Shown: positions 12,209 through 24,767, counted from the first letter of the stretch. The stretch: DNA of 64,000 bases from Podarcis pityusensis (GCA_964106645.2 OZ067039.1); one strand, 5' to 3'. Numbers and translations: made by a program. The notes: generated by a model not told the origin, from the sequence alone.

Positions 12209-14182
12209 AAGAAAAAAGGAAAGACACAAATCCCATATAACTTCCATTTGCTTGTTTCATTGACCTCTCACCTCCCTTTTTGTATTCTAGTTTAGTTAGT
12301 TATTTCAGCAAATTCTTTCCATCTTTCTCAATTTTTATTAAATAATTTATCTTAACAATTTAACCTATTAATTAACTCAACAGATCCTTTCCATCTTTCC
12401 CCATATTCTGTTATTCAAATTACCTTAAGTTATTTAACCTTATCTTACCATAAAATACCTTAAAGCTTGAAACTTAATACTCATTTATACATAACCCCTG
12501 ATATCATTTCTGCTAGAGTCATATAGTTTCATTCCAACATTTTCCCTAATATTCATTAATTTTAGGCTAATTCCCTAATTAAAAAGTTTTCTTTATAAAT
12601 TTTCTTCCAATCTTCATCCAACGTCTCTTCTTCCTGGTCTCGGGTCGTGTCAGTCCTTACTGTCCATTCCATCTAGTCCATCAACCTGGAAGCCTTATGT
12701 CCGAGGCCCTTAAGTCTCTTCCATGTCCCTTCTGCAGATCTTCTTCTTCTTGTTTATACTTGCACTTTTCCTTGTCTTTTGTTGGTCTCTTTCTTAATTT
12801 CTTTCCTTTCTCGTTGAGGAGTAGGTCTCTGGGGGGTTCCAACCCAAAGTTATCTCCGTCTCCCTTCATCAAATCAGCCCATTCCCCACAGTCCCACTCC
12901 CCACAGTCATCAATATAATCCAAAAAATATTTGCGAGCATATTTCAAAGTCTCTCCAAAGTCAAAAGCCTCCTCAGCTCCAGACTCCCCCTGGCCCACTC
13001 CAACTTCAATCTTCAAAAACAACGGCTTATGCTCCTGTGGGGCCTTGGGCCTCTCCATTTGTATTATTTGAGGTGCATCCGCAACCTCCTCCATTATCTT
13101 CTGCACTTGCCCAATCAATACAGGTTCCTGAGTTGGACCCTGGGTGATTTCTGTATCACTATTCACTGATTGTCCACAGTTATTGGCCACAACGGTCATC
13201 AAATCCATTTTCTCATTCATCAGATCCATCTTCTCATGCATCTGTTCCAGCAAAGCACTTGTCTTGCATAGAGCAAGCACCAAAACTTCCTTCATATTTA
13301 GTCAAGGTCAAAAGGACTAATCCCACGATCTTAATCTCACAGCTGTGGCTGCAGCAACAATTTAGCAAGCTCCCTCTAGAGGAGACAATTTCTATTTGTA
13401 TCCATCTTTTTAAGGCAAGTCCAACAAAGAAAAATTACTTTCATTTTTTCAGATATTTTGTTTCTTTAGAATGCAAAAGGCAACATTGGAATCAGTTTAT
13501 TTCTCTTCTTTAGCTATCTATCAAAATATTCCGTTCACAGTCAATGAACCTCTCCAGCAATTTCTGTCTCTGACACCCCGTTCCCAGGTTAGAGACGATG
13601 GAAACTTATCTTTCTTCACTCCCTCTCCTGCAGGCGTTACACAAAGTCCCCCCCCTTTTCTCCTGCTTCCAAGGGGGTTTCAGTAGTTGTAAATGAAGGA
13701 AATTTAGGCTTTTTTAACGACTTTCCAGGCTTTAGCTTACAAGGCTTTTGCTTCAGTCTATATACAAAAAGCGGAAGGCGGACTTCCTGTTTTGAACCTT
13801 CCCGCTTCGATGTCAAATTAAGATATTTCTTGATCCAATTTTCCGTTTCTACTCACGGGTACTTGTTTTAGATCCAGTTGTCCACAGGAAAAAGTCAGTG
13901 CTCTCCGGCGATGGCTGTGCGGCTTCACTCCGTGAAAGTAGCAGTCAGTTCGCAGCACCGCGCCGCTCACCCCACTTCACTCCGGAATCCCAAAAAGGGG
14001 TTCCCCGTGAGTAGGGGGGGTGCTCCAGGTGCCCTGCCGAACCCCACGTTCCCAGGCTTCCTCCGCCTGGGATTTCTAGCGGGTCCCTACCTTCGCCGCG
14101 GCGGGAAGACCCAGTTTCCACGGAGCTAGTTCCTCCAGTCGGAGGAACTCCGCCATTCACCGATGACGCTGACCTGGAAGTC
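12049..14182 (-). mobile_element. Full-length non-autonomous L1-derived retroelement (~2.1 kb)
   Basis: 16-bp TSD CAC(A/G)CTGTGACTATTG at 12033-12048 and 14183-14198; 5' end GACTTCC.. with CpG-rich leader; ORF2-tail-like remnant; AT-rich 3'UTR with AATAAA (12061-12056). Confidence 0.75.
12681..13295 (-). CDS. 204-aa ORF of unknown function inside the L1-derived element
   Basis: True ATG start with in-frame stop 9 nt upstream, uninterrupted, heptad-like LLEQMHEKMDLMNEKMDLM, acidic middle, basic C-terminal patch. Confidence 0.5.
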   Translation of the reverse strand: MKEVLVLALCKTSALLEQMHEKMDLMNEKMDLMTVVANNCGQSVNSDTEITQGPTQEPVLIGQVQKIMEEVADAPQIIQMERPKAPQEHKPLFLKIEVGVGQGESGAEEAFDFGETLKYARKYFLDYIDDCGEWDCGEWADLMKGDGDNFGLEPPRDLLLNEKGKKLRKRPTKDKEKCKYKQEEEDLQKGHGRDLRASDIRLPG

Positions 14183-14234
14183 CACGCTGTGACTATTGGA
14201 TTTGAATTGTTTACTTTTTAAAAAACCTTTAATA

Positions 14235-14589
14235 CAGTGATTCTCAAATGGTGTGGCATTTGACATCAAGTATAGTGGGAAGATTCAAGGATAATAATCA
14301 AAGAAACATTTAAACATTTCAGTGTAGTATAGGATCATAATATGTTTTTATTTTCAGAATATGGATAAATATTTTTTCAAAATGAGAGCAAGAGCATCAA
14401 GTATATTGAGGACAATCCTAGTTGTCATTTATAATTATATTTTTGGAGTTAGTCAAATTCTCATGTAGCTACATTGTTTTACACTTTCTGGATGTCCCAT
14501 GATCATATTATAAAATAGTTGTATTCTGTGTTATAAATTAAGCATGAGCAAATTTTCTCTGGTACAGAGAAAAAGTTTGAGAACCACTG
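14235..14589. mobile_element. hAT (Charlie/Buster-like) MITE
   Basis: TIRs CAGTGATTCTCAAA / TTTGAGAACCACTG; perfect 8-bp TSD CTTTAATA (14227-14234, 14590-14597). Confidence 0.9.
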
Positions 14590-15101
14590 CTTTAATAAAT
14601 ACCTTTTGGGGGTGAAATTTCTTTCCTCCCAGTACCACTGATTGAAGTCCTGCTGTCAGCTGAGCAACACCACTGGACACAATCCACTGTGAATATAAAA
14701 CTATATATAAAATTCTGAAAAGCTGGTACCTATTTATATCCTTCTCATATTTTACATAGTGAATATATATAATAGCTCACATAGTCCTATATATAAAAGA
14801 GACTTTTTGTCTTATTGTTGAAGCAGTATTGAATATATGCTTCCCATCCTTATTCTGCTTTCAGATAAGATGGCAATATTGGCAAGTAGGAAGGAATAAC
14901 GTTATGGTGAAGTAGTTAAGTGTTGTTTGTCAACAACTGGAATGTGTTCATGTAGTCATGGATATCATGCTATGGCAGGTGCATAAGCTGCATACTTACA
15001 AATGTCTGGGCAAAAGAAATGCAGCCACTCAGGCAGAAATGGATTGAGGAATTGAAGGATTTGTATAAGATTTACTGGGTAATACATAAAGAAGTGGAAG
15101 T

Positions 15102-15222
15102 AAGGCATTGTGTGTACCAGCCTTCTGAATTAACCCTCAAAGTTACTAGCCTGCAAATAAATAAACAACCAGCCAATGTACCTTTGAGGGGTAATTCAGA
15201 AGGCTGGTACACACAATGCCTT
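15102..15222. repeat. 41-bp inverted repeat with 39-bp spacer
   Basis: Arms 15102-15142 and 15182-15222 are reverse complements at 40/41 positions. Confidence 0.95.
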
Positions 15223-15527
15223 GTTCTCTCCTCACCTGGTTTCTGTGCCGGATGTGCAGAAAGGGGCTTCACTGCCTGGTTGATGAGCATAGAAGGCTTG
15301 TCAGTAAAGGCATGGGTCCCTGTTTCACTTCATCAGCTCATTATGTTTTTTTGTTGAGCCACACAAGGAACAAAGCACTCTTCTCTGTGTGTCCAGAACA
15401 GAAGCTTAGTGGACTATCATAGCAACCCAACCTTCCACTGACAGACTCCTTGATTTCCGTTCTAGGTGAGGAGGAGGCAAAGTGCCCTCCTATACAACAT
15501 AAAACTGAGCAGACTGCCAGAAGAAGC

Positions 15528-15550
15528 GGGTGGGTGGGTGGGTGGGTGGG
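15528..15550 (+). repeat. (GGGT)6 G-quadruplex-forming repeat
   Basis: Six GGG runs separated by single T. Confidence 0.85.
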
Positions 15551-18514
15551 TGCGCACACACAAACAAACAATATGTAGCACCCTTAATTGAAAAATCTCA
15601 GGATGCTTAACATTAAAATCCAATTGAATAACCATGTACTGGAAGCAACCATTTTACATTCATCCAATTGACACACAACCATGCACACGCTCATCATTAC
15701 TGAAGCTGTTCTTAATAGTTAGAGTAAAAATGTTAGACTGGGGGAAATTGAGAGGCTCGGGTAGTGAAGAATGAATGCAAACAAATGTAGCTACATGCAC
15801 ATGGCTTAATTTTAGTTGGGAATGTGGGTTAAGGTTAGGGCAATCCTATGTTACTCAAAAGTAAGTCCCATTGCTTTCATTGAGAGTTCTTTGCAGCTAA
15901 ATGTGTACTGGAATGCAGCTTTAAGCCCAAAGCCGTATAGAAGAGACAAATTTTGGGCTGAGGTTTGAAGGAAATTGGACAGTGAGGAAAGGGGATGGGA
16001 ACATCAAATGGCAACAGAAAGGCATAGAGGGTCACCATTCAAAGTGTTAGCAGAGTGTAATTGTGACAGTATGTTAAGACTTAAGCTTGTGGCCATATGA
16101 CTTTGGAAAAGTTTATGCTTCAAGAGAGTTGAGCCAAATTCTTGTTCATTTTTGCAGTTAAGTGAGATAATACATTGGAGAAGATACTAAAATTGTTGAT
16201 GTATTCATAAGAAGTTCTGCTCAGTTAAGAAGGTGATGATACCTTTGTAGGCACCAAATTCCTGAGCAATGAGAGAGCTGTTAATTCCATTGTGTTTCTA
16301 CAGTACTTCCACTTCTTGCCATAGTTGGTTTCTCAGTCACCTGACATATATCAAATAGTCTTAACCTGATGATTTGATTATATGACTAATGTTACATTAA
16401 GGCAGTGAATAAGCTATAGTGGATAGTAATGTCCAGACTGTGTATTTGAATCTACAGAGAAATGATGAATACCTACATACTATTGGTTCACATATATTTT
16501 TGAGTTTACTTAATTATGGAAATAAGACAATACATCAGGAACTGTCAGAGCTATGTACATGGGCATGTAAAAGCATGCCCCACAGAAACTCTGCATGCTA
16601 ATCATTCTGCTGTAACCACAAGAACTAAGAGTGATATCTAAGTATGCCATACTCAGATTAGTTCCATTGAAATCAGTGAACTTGTATAACTTAAGTACAT
16701 TCTGAGTATGACTAACGCTGGATATGACCCTAAATATCAAATTCTCTGGAATAATATCCAGCTTTTCTCCAAATAGTGTTGATATATTAATTTCTTTGTC
16801 TTGTGGCTTTTGTCCTGAAAACTGTAGGTCCTATGAATTAAGTGAAGCTCAAGTCATCCATTGGTATAAGGATAACTGAACAGGAAACTGTTGAAACCAA
16901 AGACAGTTTGTTTTATTTCAGTGATAGACAAAGCTGATAAAGGTTTATTAGAGCTTTCAGAATGAAAGTGGATGAAGCCAACTTTGAATGTTGTTTTGTT
17001 GTCTTTTAGCTTGCTTTTTGCTTTGTTGGTGAAACAAGGAACAGCCAGGCTAGAATAATCCTCTGTATTTTGAATGAAGTAGAAACACTTTTGGAAACAG
17101 ACCAATGCAACTATAACTTTACTAACTTCAGTCAGCAGGGTTTATCATAACTGGGGAATCTCGTAACTGCAACCAAGCAAGTTGGCAGCATTTTTATGCT
17201 TCCTTTGGAACAATGAGGTTTCAATTATAGAGAAACTGTCATCTCTGATACTCGCATAATATTGAGACTTAATCATTTTAATTCATTATATTGTTATTTG
17301 ACAAAGAATGTCACATGAAGCCATATTTTATCCTGTTATCAAATAAACTGATATTTATTAAAGTGACAGAGCTTCAGACCTGGTATTAAAGGTGAGAGAA
17401 ATAAACATAACAGATTATGGCATTTAATTGCGAACTTGGCAAACTATGCCCTCATAAGTTTATTCTGCATTATTACATTCCTGGCAGTTTCAGCTGAAAT
17501 ACGATTTTTAAAAGCCCCTTTTGTGTGCAAGATTATAACAGCCCTATGCCAACATTATTGCTACGAGTGAGGCAGTCTGTAACTGATGCTGACATGGATG
17601 CCTGTATATATCAGATACATGCATTGATACAAGTTTGCTGTGCATCAAAGCCAACCATTGGATACTAAACTAAAAGATACCTGCCTTTGAAAGATAGGGA
17701 CACATTCTTGTGCACAATGGGTATATTACATCACTTATTTCAAGAGTTTTTGAATTTCTTACTGAGCAAATGTATTTACCCTTAGCTTTCAGAAGCATAT
17801 ATTATATCAGAAATGACCCAAAGGCCTTCAGTTAATTAATAATGCCTCCTAGGGTGGTGCTCATATTTTAGAGTGGAGGGTAGAACTTAGTCCTTAATAA
17901 TATCTTGTGGATTTTGTATTGTCAGTTGTTTTAGTTTTTTCCTGATTTTAAATTGTCTTTTACATACTTTTGTCAGGTCACTTTGAGACTTTATTGTAAA
18001 AAGTAACTGATAAATGAAATAAATAATTTGCTCATTTTAGATTATACAAGTTTGTGTAGAACTGTATTAGCTCAGCATTTACATGGTATATTGAAATAAT
18101 TTCTTAGATCTGCTGTACTTCTAACTATTTCTGGTGGTAGTTAGGTGGATAGGCATCCTGTGGAATAACAAAGACCTAGTTATTTATAGCTGTGCTGGAG
18201 CTTATTTATCATTCGTAGCCAAATATTGGCAAACATAGCTCATGTTGCATCATGTCTAGTTCACTGGCACTGAATGTGCTTTTGCTTATGAAAGCATTTA
18301 AACAACAAACCATTCAAAAGCCCTCAAGACCACTGAAATGGTGATCTCTTCTCAAGGAGATACTTCAAAACTCACTAACATTCTTTAATAGAATTTTTAA
18401 ATCTTGTTTTTCAAAAAGCCTTATACATAAATGCGTAAATGCTTGTATTTGTGTTTTGGGCATGAAACATGGCAGTTGGCTATACAGTACATTCATTTGA
18501 TTTGAATAGCACTG

Positions 18515-18705
18515 CGCTGTATCTCAGTGATACTGCATGTGCTTTGCATCCCAAAAGTTCCAGGTTAAATCTGACATCTTGACATAGATCTGGGAAAGAC
18601 TGCCTGAAAGTGGTAAACCCTGGAGAGCCACTGCCAGTCGGTGTGAATGGTATTGAACTACATGGACCAATGGTATCACTCAGTATAGCAATTTTGCATG
18701 TTCTT
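18515..18705 (+). mobile_element. Degenerate tRNA-derived SINE (Squam3-like)
   Basis: A/B-box-like head GCTGTATCTCAGTGA..CCAGGTTAAATC and body AAACCCTGGAGAGCCACTGCCAGTC..ATGGACCAATGGT; related copy at 49240-49356. Confidence 0.65.
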
Positions 18706-18975
18706 AAGAGGACAGTACTGTAGTTTAGAACGTATTAGGTAATGACAGGGGTGAGTAGGAAGAAATGAAACCACATCCAAAAATGGTGACATCCTTTGAC
18801 ATCTTGATATCCTTTATCCTACCAATTTCCTAGTATGTGTGATGTGTGTTGTTGTTTTTTTGTTGTTGTTTTTTGTCAAATGAAGGTAGAATGACTTTTA
18901 AAGATTGATATGTAAACTTCTGCCTTTGGGCAAAATGCTAAGTGTTTCAGAATAAATGTTCTTATTGTCATAGAA

Positions 18976-19165
18976 CAGGGGTCAGCAACCTTTTTCAGCC
19001 ATGGGCCGGTCCACCGTCCCTCAGACCATGTGGTGGGCCGGACTGTATTTTTTGCGGGGGGGGGGGATATGAACAAATTCCTATGCCCCACAAATAACCC
19101 AGAGATGCATTTTAAATAAAAGGACACATTCTACTCATGTAAAAACGTGCTGATTCCTGGACCGT
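18976..19165. mobile_element. Truncated hAT-type MITE
   Basis: Terminus CAGGGGTCAGCAACCTTTTTCAGCCATGGGCCGG; other end missing. Confidence 0.65.
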
Positions 19166-19649
19166 CTTGCAGCTTTAAAATAAATAAGTAGAGTTTAATT
19201 TTTCAAAATCACCCTTTCATAGATAGTTGATGGTAGTGAAAGAATGTATTTAACTCTGGTTTTAAGACTTAGTGTGTCACTTCATTTGATCTTCAGTGGT
19301 GTTTATCCTTCTACCTTCCAAGTATATTTGCCTGAGGACAAGCTTAAGGTTTGAAAAGTCACCTGCAATGTTGGTTTTTAAAGATAATTACTGATTGAAG
19401 TTTGCTTTTGCTTTTGTTATAAAGCTTCTAATTTAGTAAATAACTGTTGCTGTTTTGCCTGCTTAAAGGTTAATTAAAGTTACTAAGTTAATTGTTTGCC
19501 TTCTAGGCATGTTTCAAATAATACTCTTTAATATAAAAGCTAAACATCATAGCTAGAGAAATTTCATGATTTCCTAACACATTCTGTCTTTAATATTCAT
19601 AGTAATATTTCTCATTCTGGAAAAATGGTGCATTTTGTTTAAAAATGTT

Positions 19650-19835
19650 GGGTAGTATCCAACACTGCTATTCCGCTAGTGCAACAGACTTCCACTTGCA
19701 CAATAAAATCCTCTCTGCAGCCCTGGCATACCCTCCACATCTGCTCTAGAGGGTTGCAAGACCCTCTGGAGAAGATTTTGATGGTGTGGGGGGAGGGGAA
19801 GTCCCATAAGTCACACTTAGCATTAGATATAATCC
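19650..19835. mobile_element. Palindromic PIF/Harbinger-like MITE (degenerate)
   Basis: Ends GGGTAGTATCCAA / TTAGATATAATCC and central hairpin ATCTGCTCTAGAGGGT..ACCCTCTGGAGAAGAT shared with other copies in the window. Confidence 0.55.
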
Positions 19836-19839
19836 ATTA

Positions 19840-20050
19840 CACTGGTACCTCAACTTATGAATGTGATCCGTTTCAGGGTGCCATCCGCACCCTGAAAAGT
19901 CTGTAAGTAGAGTGTTGCTACTGCGCATGCGCAAAGCACACAGATTGCTTCTGTGTATGCACTGAACCCGGAAGTAAACACTTCCGGGTTTGCCGCGTTC
20001 ATAACCTGAAAAGCTGCAATGTGAAGCAAACGTAACATGAGGTATGACTG
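19840..20050. mobile_element. Tc1/pogo-like MITE
   Basis: Imperfect TIRs CACTGGTACCTC / GAGGTATGACTG with TA on both sides; internal CACTTCCGGGTTTG motif resembling the 807 copy. Confidence 0.75.
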
Positions 20051-20422
20051 TACTTCCATTCTAGTTTATAAAGGAGGGTGTTACTGAGAAGGCAATGGAT
20101 TATACAAAATACGTAAAGTGAGATTTATTCCACTAGCTGTTAATGGTTACATAAGATTCAGTTTTGCGATGAACCTTTGTGAGCTTTCCAGAACCTTTGA
20201 GAGTTTACTCGGCTCAATCTGTGACTGGGAGGAGTGGATTGACTATAAACGTTCTGTGCAATAAATAAGTCATCAGCCAGATGTTTCTTGTGAAGAAGCT
20301 CTTCACTGTGCCCCATCAAGTGGTTATTAGTGGCAGTTAAACTTATTGCTCTGGAAATCTTGGGGTGACCGCATACCTATGTGTTTAGAAGATACTGCAC
20401 ATTAAATAATCTCTTTTTATAA

Positions 20423-20782
20423 CAGGAGTGGGGAACTGAGGGCTGCATTCTCTCATGGAAGAACTTCTGGGGGCTTCATGCCACTGATGAATGAGTCCAG
20501 AGGCAAGAATGGATTGTGACTCTTGCCTTCTATAGTAGGCTACTATCCAGTCACACAAAAGCCAGAGGTTCTATACCCACACCCTCCATCTAGGTTACCA
20601 AGAATCATTGTTAGAGGTCAAGGACATATTCCAGCCAGGCAGAAGCACTCAATGTGGGTGCAGAGCAGGCCTGGGGAGGGGTGTAGACTGGGGAGAGGGA
20701 CTTGCCCAGGATGAATGCCAAGGGTGAGACAGAGGCCTAGAGGGCTATATTTGGCCTCTAGGCCTACAGTTCCCCACCCACA
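20423..20782. mobile_element. Degenerate hAT-type MITE
   Basis: CAGGAGTGGGGAAC ... GTTCCCCACCC termini; TSD degraded. Confidence 0.55.
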
Positions 20783-22076
20783 CTATTTAAAGTAAGTGAA
20801 TTTCATGGAGATTCCGCAACTTAACTTCCTTCTGCTTGTAATAGACTGACAGCCTAGGCAGAAGTCAAATTATTGTGAAAATAGTGTTAATTGAAGTTGA
20901 CTTAAGAGGATATCCAGCTTTGTGATCAGAAATGTACTCATTTAATGAGGTTTTCCTGCCACCATTTCTTCACAGCAGCCCATGCACCCTCAAGAAGCCT
21001 CTACTGAAGGTTGCAGGACTCAGGAAAGGCCCAGTACAGTATGTGACATGGGCCGCAGTGGGAGGGGGCAATGACCAAAACCTAGATGGAGGCAGGTTGC
21101 ACGTGGTATCGCTCTAGATGACTTTTGGGAAAGAAAAGTGGTGGCCGCTGTGAATTAACCCTCCCTTCCAAATTTGTTGTCTACCCTGCCCTCACCTTGG
21201 AATTCCAAACTAAAACTCAGCCCTAATTGAAAGTAAGTTAGTGTTCTGACTTTGCACTCAGCACACAGTGTTCACAAACTTTCTTGTAAGTAGAATCTTG
21301 TTCTTAACTTAGATGCTTCCTTGAGCTTAAGGGGAATCCTTTTAGATTTATGGCTTATATTTAGAGCAGTAGGTCAAATTAAAGCAGTGTTCTGTTCCGT
21401 CAGATGTCAGTAAGCCTGTTTTATAAGGGAAACCTTCCAAGTTCTTAACCCACAAGGATCAGAAGCTCCTATTCAGGGAGGAAGTATAGGCATTTTTAGA
21501 GGTTGTTGTAAATTTGGAGATGTTTACTGAAATGTGTATTTAGAGTAGAAATGTCATTTTTAGGGAACCTAGAAACAGCAAAGCTGAGAGCATGCTACGG
21601 AGGATGGACACCAAGGAGGCTCTGTTGGGGACAGAAAGAAAGAAAAATGAGGTAGATCAAACGTAGATGGCAATGTTGTATATGGGAATGTGTGTTCATA
21701 GGCTGGCTGGTGGGAGGTGATTTGAATAACCATAAAAAATAGAAAGCTGAAGTTAATAACGTGTTTAATTTGGTAAAAACCTTTGATTCTCTTCTCGATT
21801 GGCCTATTCTAACTATGCAGGTAACATGATCTAAGAGTAGGAGTTTGTTTAAATAATGCTTTGCGGTTTTACATATCAAAGTAATTGCATAAGTTTTACC
21901 AGTGTCATATCTGTAAGGCAAGTTGTAGTGTAGAGGCAATCCCTATCTTAAAAAGAATGTACCAGAGGGTGTTAAAGGGGAGGGGGGTTCATAAGACTGT
22001 CCAGGGGACAACCCTTCATCAGTTCCTTTACCTTTGTACCCATTTAGGTAATCAAATTGTTTTTGTTCATAGCAAC

Positions 22077-22199
22077 ATGAACCGTGAAGACCGGAATGCG
22101 CTGCGTATCAAAGAAAGAGAGAGGCGTAATCAAGAAATTCAGCAGGGTGAAGAAGCCTTTCCACCTAACTCTCCTCTCTTTGCTGAACCATATAAAGTT
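22077..22199 (+). CDS. AFF4: AFF4 exon 2 (start codon; exon begins 22073)
   Basis: [41 protein letters not shown]; CATAG acceptor, GTAAGT donor; cyclin T1/P-TEFb-binding N-terminus. Confidence 0.97.
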
Positions 22200-24506
22200 G
22201 TAAGTGCATGAGGTTTTTTAAAAATGCAGTTTTTATCTCACTCCAAATTAAAGTGGTTTGAGTTTTTCCCCCCTGTAATACAACTTCAGTATCATATGGT
22301 TTCATTAAAATACGAATAAATGTCATTTATATAGTGGTTCCAAGTCTTACATCCTCAAAATTCCTGTGATGTAGGCTAGAGTCTACAAGAGACTTCACTG
22401 TTGCTCTAGACCTAGAAAAAATAAAGAAACCTGGAAGTTGTGTTGTTATGATTTGAACGTTTTTAAAGTAATGTTGCTGAAATATAAGATTACTAGAATT
22501 TTATGACTGCTCTGGTTTTAACACAAGGACATTTTATCAACATTTTTTTAAAAAAGAAAGAATTAAATATCTCATTATGATAATATCATGAACTATCCAC
22601 ACTTTAAACTAGCTTGCAGTTGAACAGCCTAAATTTGAAGTTATAGAAATGATAAATGTGAATTAGAGCCCTAAAGTATTTGAACAGATAATTGTTATAA
22701 AGTACTCTTGCCTTTGTAGTAAAAGAGTAATATAGCATATTAACATTTTTGAACTTTGTAGACAGTAGTCTATTAATTACAAGTAATTGTTGGAGTTTGA
22801 TGTTTTTAGTCTGGCTCTTTATGTGTAAGGTTCACTAGTTAATATTGCTAATTTGCTTTGTTCATGCAGTTAAATCTAATTGTAGCTGTTGTGAGTAAGA
22901 TTGAAACCAAACTACAAGGAAGACTGGGTTATGAAATACTGTCAGTTTGAGAAATTTGGGTTTTGTTTTGTTTTGTTTTGTTTTGTTTTAAATACTGACT
23001 TGTTTTTGTGAGGCTGCAAATGTAACCCTGTACACCTCTCTTTCTGGCAACAGAATGGTTAAAGGTTAATTTTTTAAAGTTGTGTGTCATTTAGCATGTG
23101 CATTTCACTAACAGTGACATATTTTCTTCATATCCCTGAATTTAAAGTTAACTTGGGTACATGTTTCCCTTCCTTCTCAATACCATATTCCTTCTCTGTG
23201 TTCTTCAAGGTGTGGTTACTGGACAATCAATACCATCTAATTATTTTGGTCTGTGATTTTTAGTAGTTAGCGACTCATTCAAGGTGCTTGTCTCAAAGTG
23301 TGTGCTGTTTATTACGAAAAATACATATGGTGAAGGGATTTGTGTTGACTAGTAAACATTTGATATCGGGCAGCCTACAGAATACATTGGAACGAATGTA
23401 TCTATCCATGGTGAAGTGGGAGTAAGGAGACCCACTGTTTCCTTTGCCATTTGTGTGTACATCAGGTTAAAATGGTTTTCTTTCAGGAGGCCTTTGCATT
23501 ATGGGTGCTGTTTTCTGCTCTCTTGTATTTTAATCTATGTTTTAATTTTTCTCGGTTTCATGCTTCATTAATTATTTTTGTAAGCAGCTTTGTGATACAT
23601 AGTAAAAAGTGTGGTATAAATTTCTTAAATAATAATACATGAAACACGACGGAAGGAAGGCACAATGACCTGTCTGTCTGATCTTCTTCCTCCTTCAGCC
23701 ACCTTACATTTAAAAATGCCACTTAAGATATCTATCACACTGCTCTAGTATAGGCTCTTAGCCATGTTATATATGGATTGGCCTGGGCAACGGGGGCAGT
23801 TCTAGAAGGGCTGAATTCACCCCCAGCTATAAGATTGACCAGTGCTGATTTTGACTAACAATCACTAGAAAGAAAATCTTACTTGCTTCTTCTATCCTTT
23901 AAAAATATTCATAGGAGTGAAAGAAGGGAAAGTAGTCATTTATGTTTTTAGTCTTGTTTTTTAAAATTACATGCATGATGGAAAAAGATAGATACAGTGT
24001 ACTGAAATGCTAAGTAAGAGGAGTACAGCTTAAACTACCTGAAAGGCATGTGAGTAGAGATCATAATAATTAATGAGTTTCAGTTATTTAAGAGGATTTT
24101 TTAAATTATCTATTTATCTTTGTTGCTTGAGCTTTACTACTTTTAAAAATCTGACTGGTTTCTAAATGTGCAAAAACCAGTTTTCAAACTGTTTCTTCAA
24201 GCATAAGAAGCTTTTAGAGCCTTTCTCATTTTGCTCCCAGAACCATACAAATCCTAATGAATGTGACGTCTTGGGAATTCCTAAGAAAGCATCCTGAAAG
24301 CCTCTGTAAATGGAGATTTTGCCTTTTGGTCCTTTGAACAGTTACTTAGCAGAACCAGGAAAGACCCTTAAATGTTCTGGTTGAGAGGCATGTAGAGGGA
24401 CCGCTTGTCATGGCCACTTTGTTTGGTGAATGGTAGCATTAGAAGGAAAATCTGGTTAGGGATTTACAGAGAATCATTTGTGCATTTCTGGAATGATAAA
24501 TATAAT

Positions 24507-24717
24507 GGGTGATATCCAATGGTGCCAATTCACAAGCGGAACATATTTCTGCAAGAACAGTGTGACTTCCCTTCTCCTTCTCCTCCTACAGCTCCCTGCA
24601 TGCCCCCCAGGTCTGCTCTAGAGAGTTGAGGAACCCTCCAGTAAATTGGAGGGCACTAAGGCTGCAGGGGAGGACAAGAGAAAGGGGAATTTCACTGGTG
24701 CAGTGTTGGATATTTCC
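24507..24717. mobile_element. Palindromic PIF/Harbinger-like MITE
   Basis: GGGTGATATCCAA ... TTGGATATTTCC ends, shared central TCTGCTCTAGAG..ACCCTCCAG hairpin. Confidence 0.55.
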
Positions 24718-24767
24718 TAATGACTACGCTGTTGGATTCCTTAACTGCAAGTTTTGTTTCTGTACAG

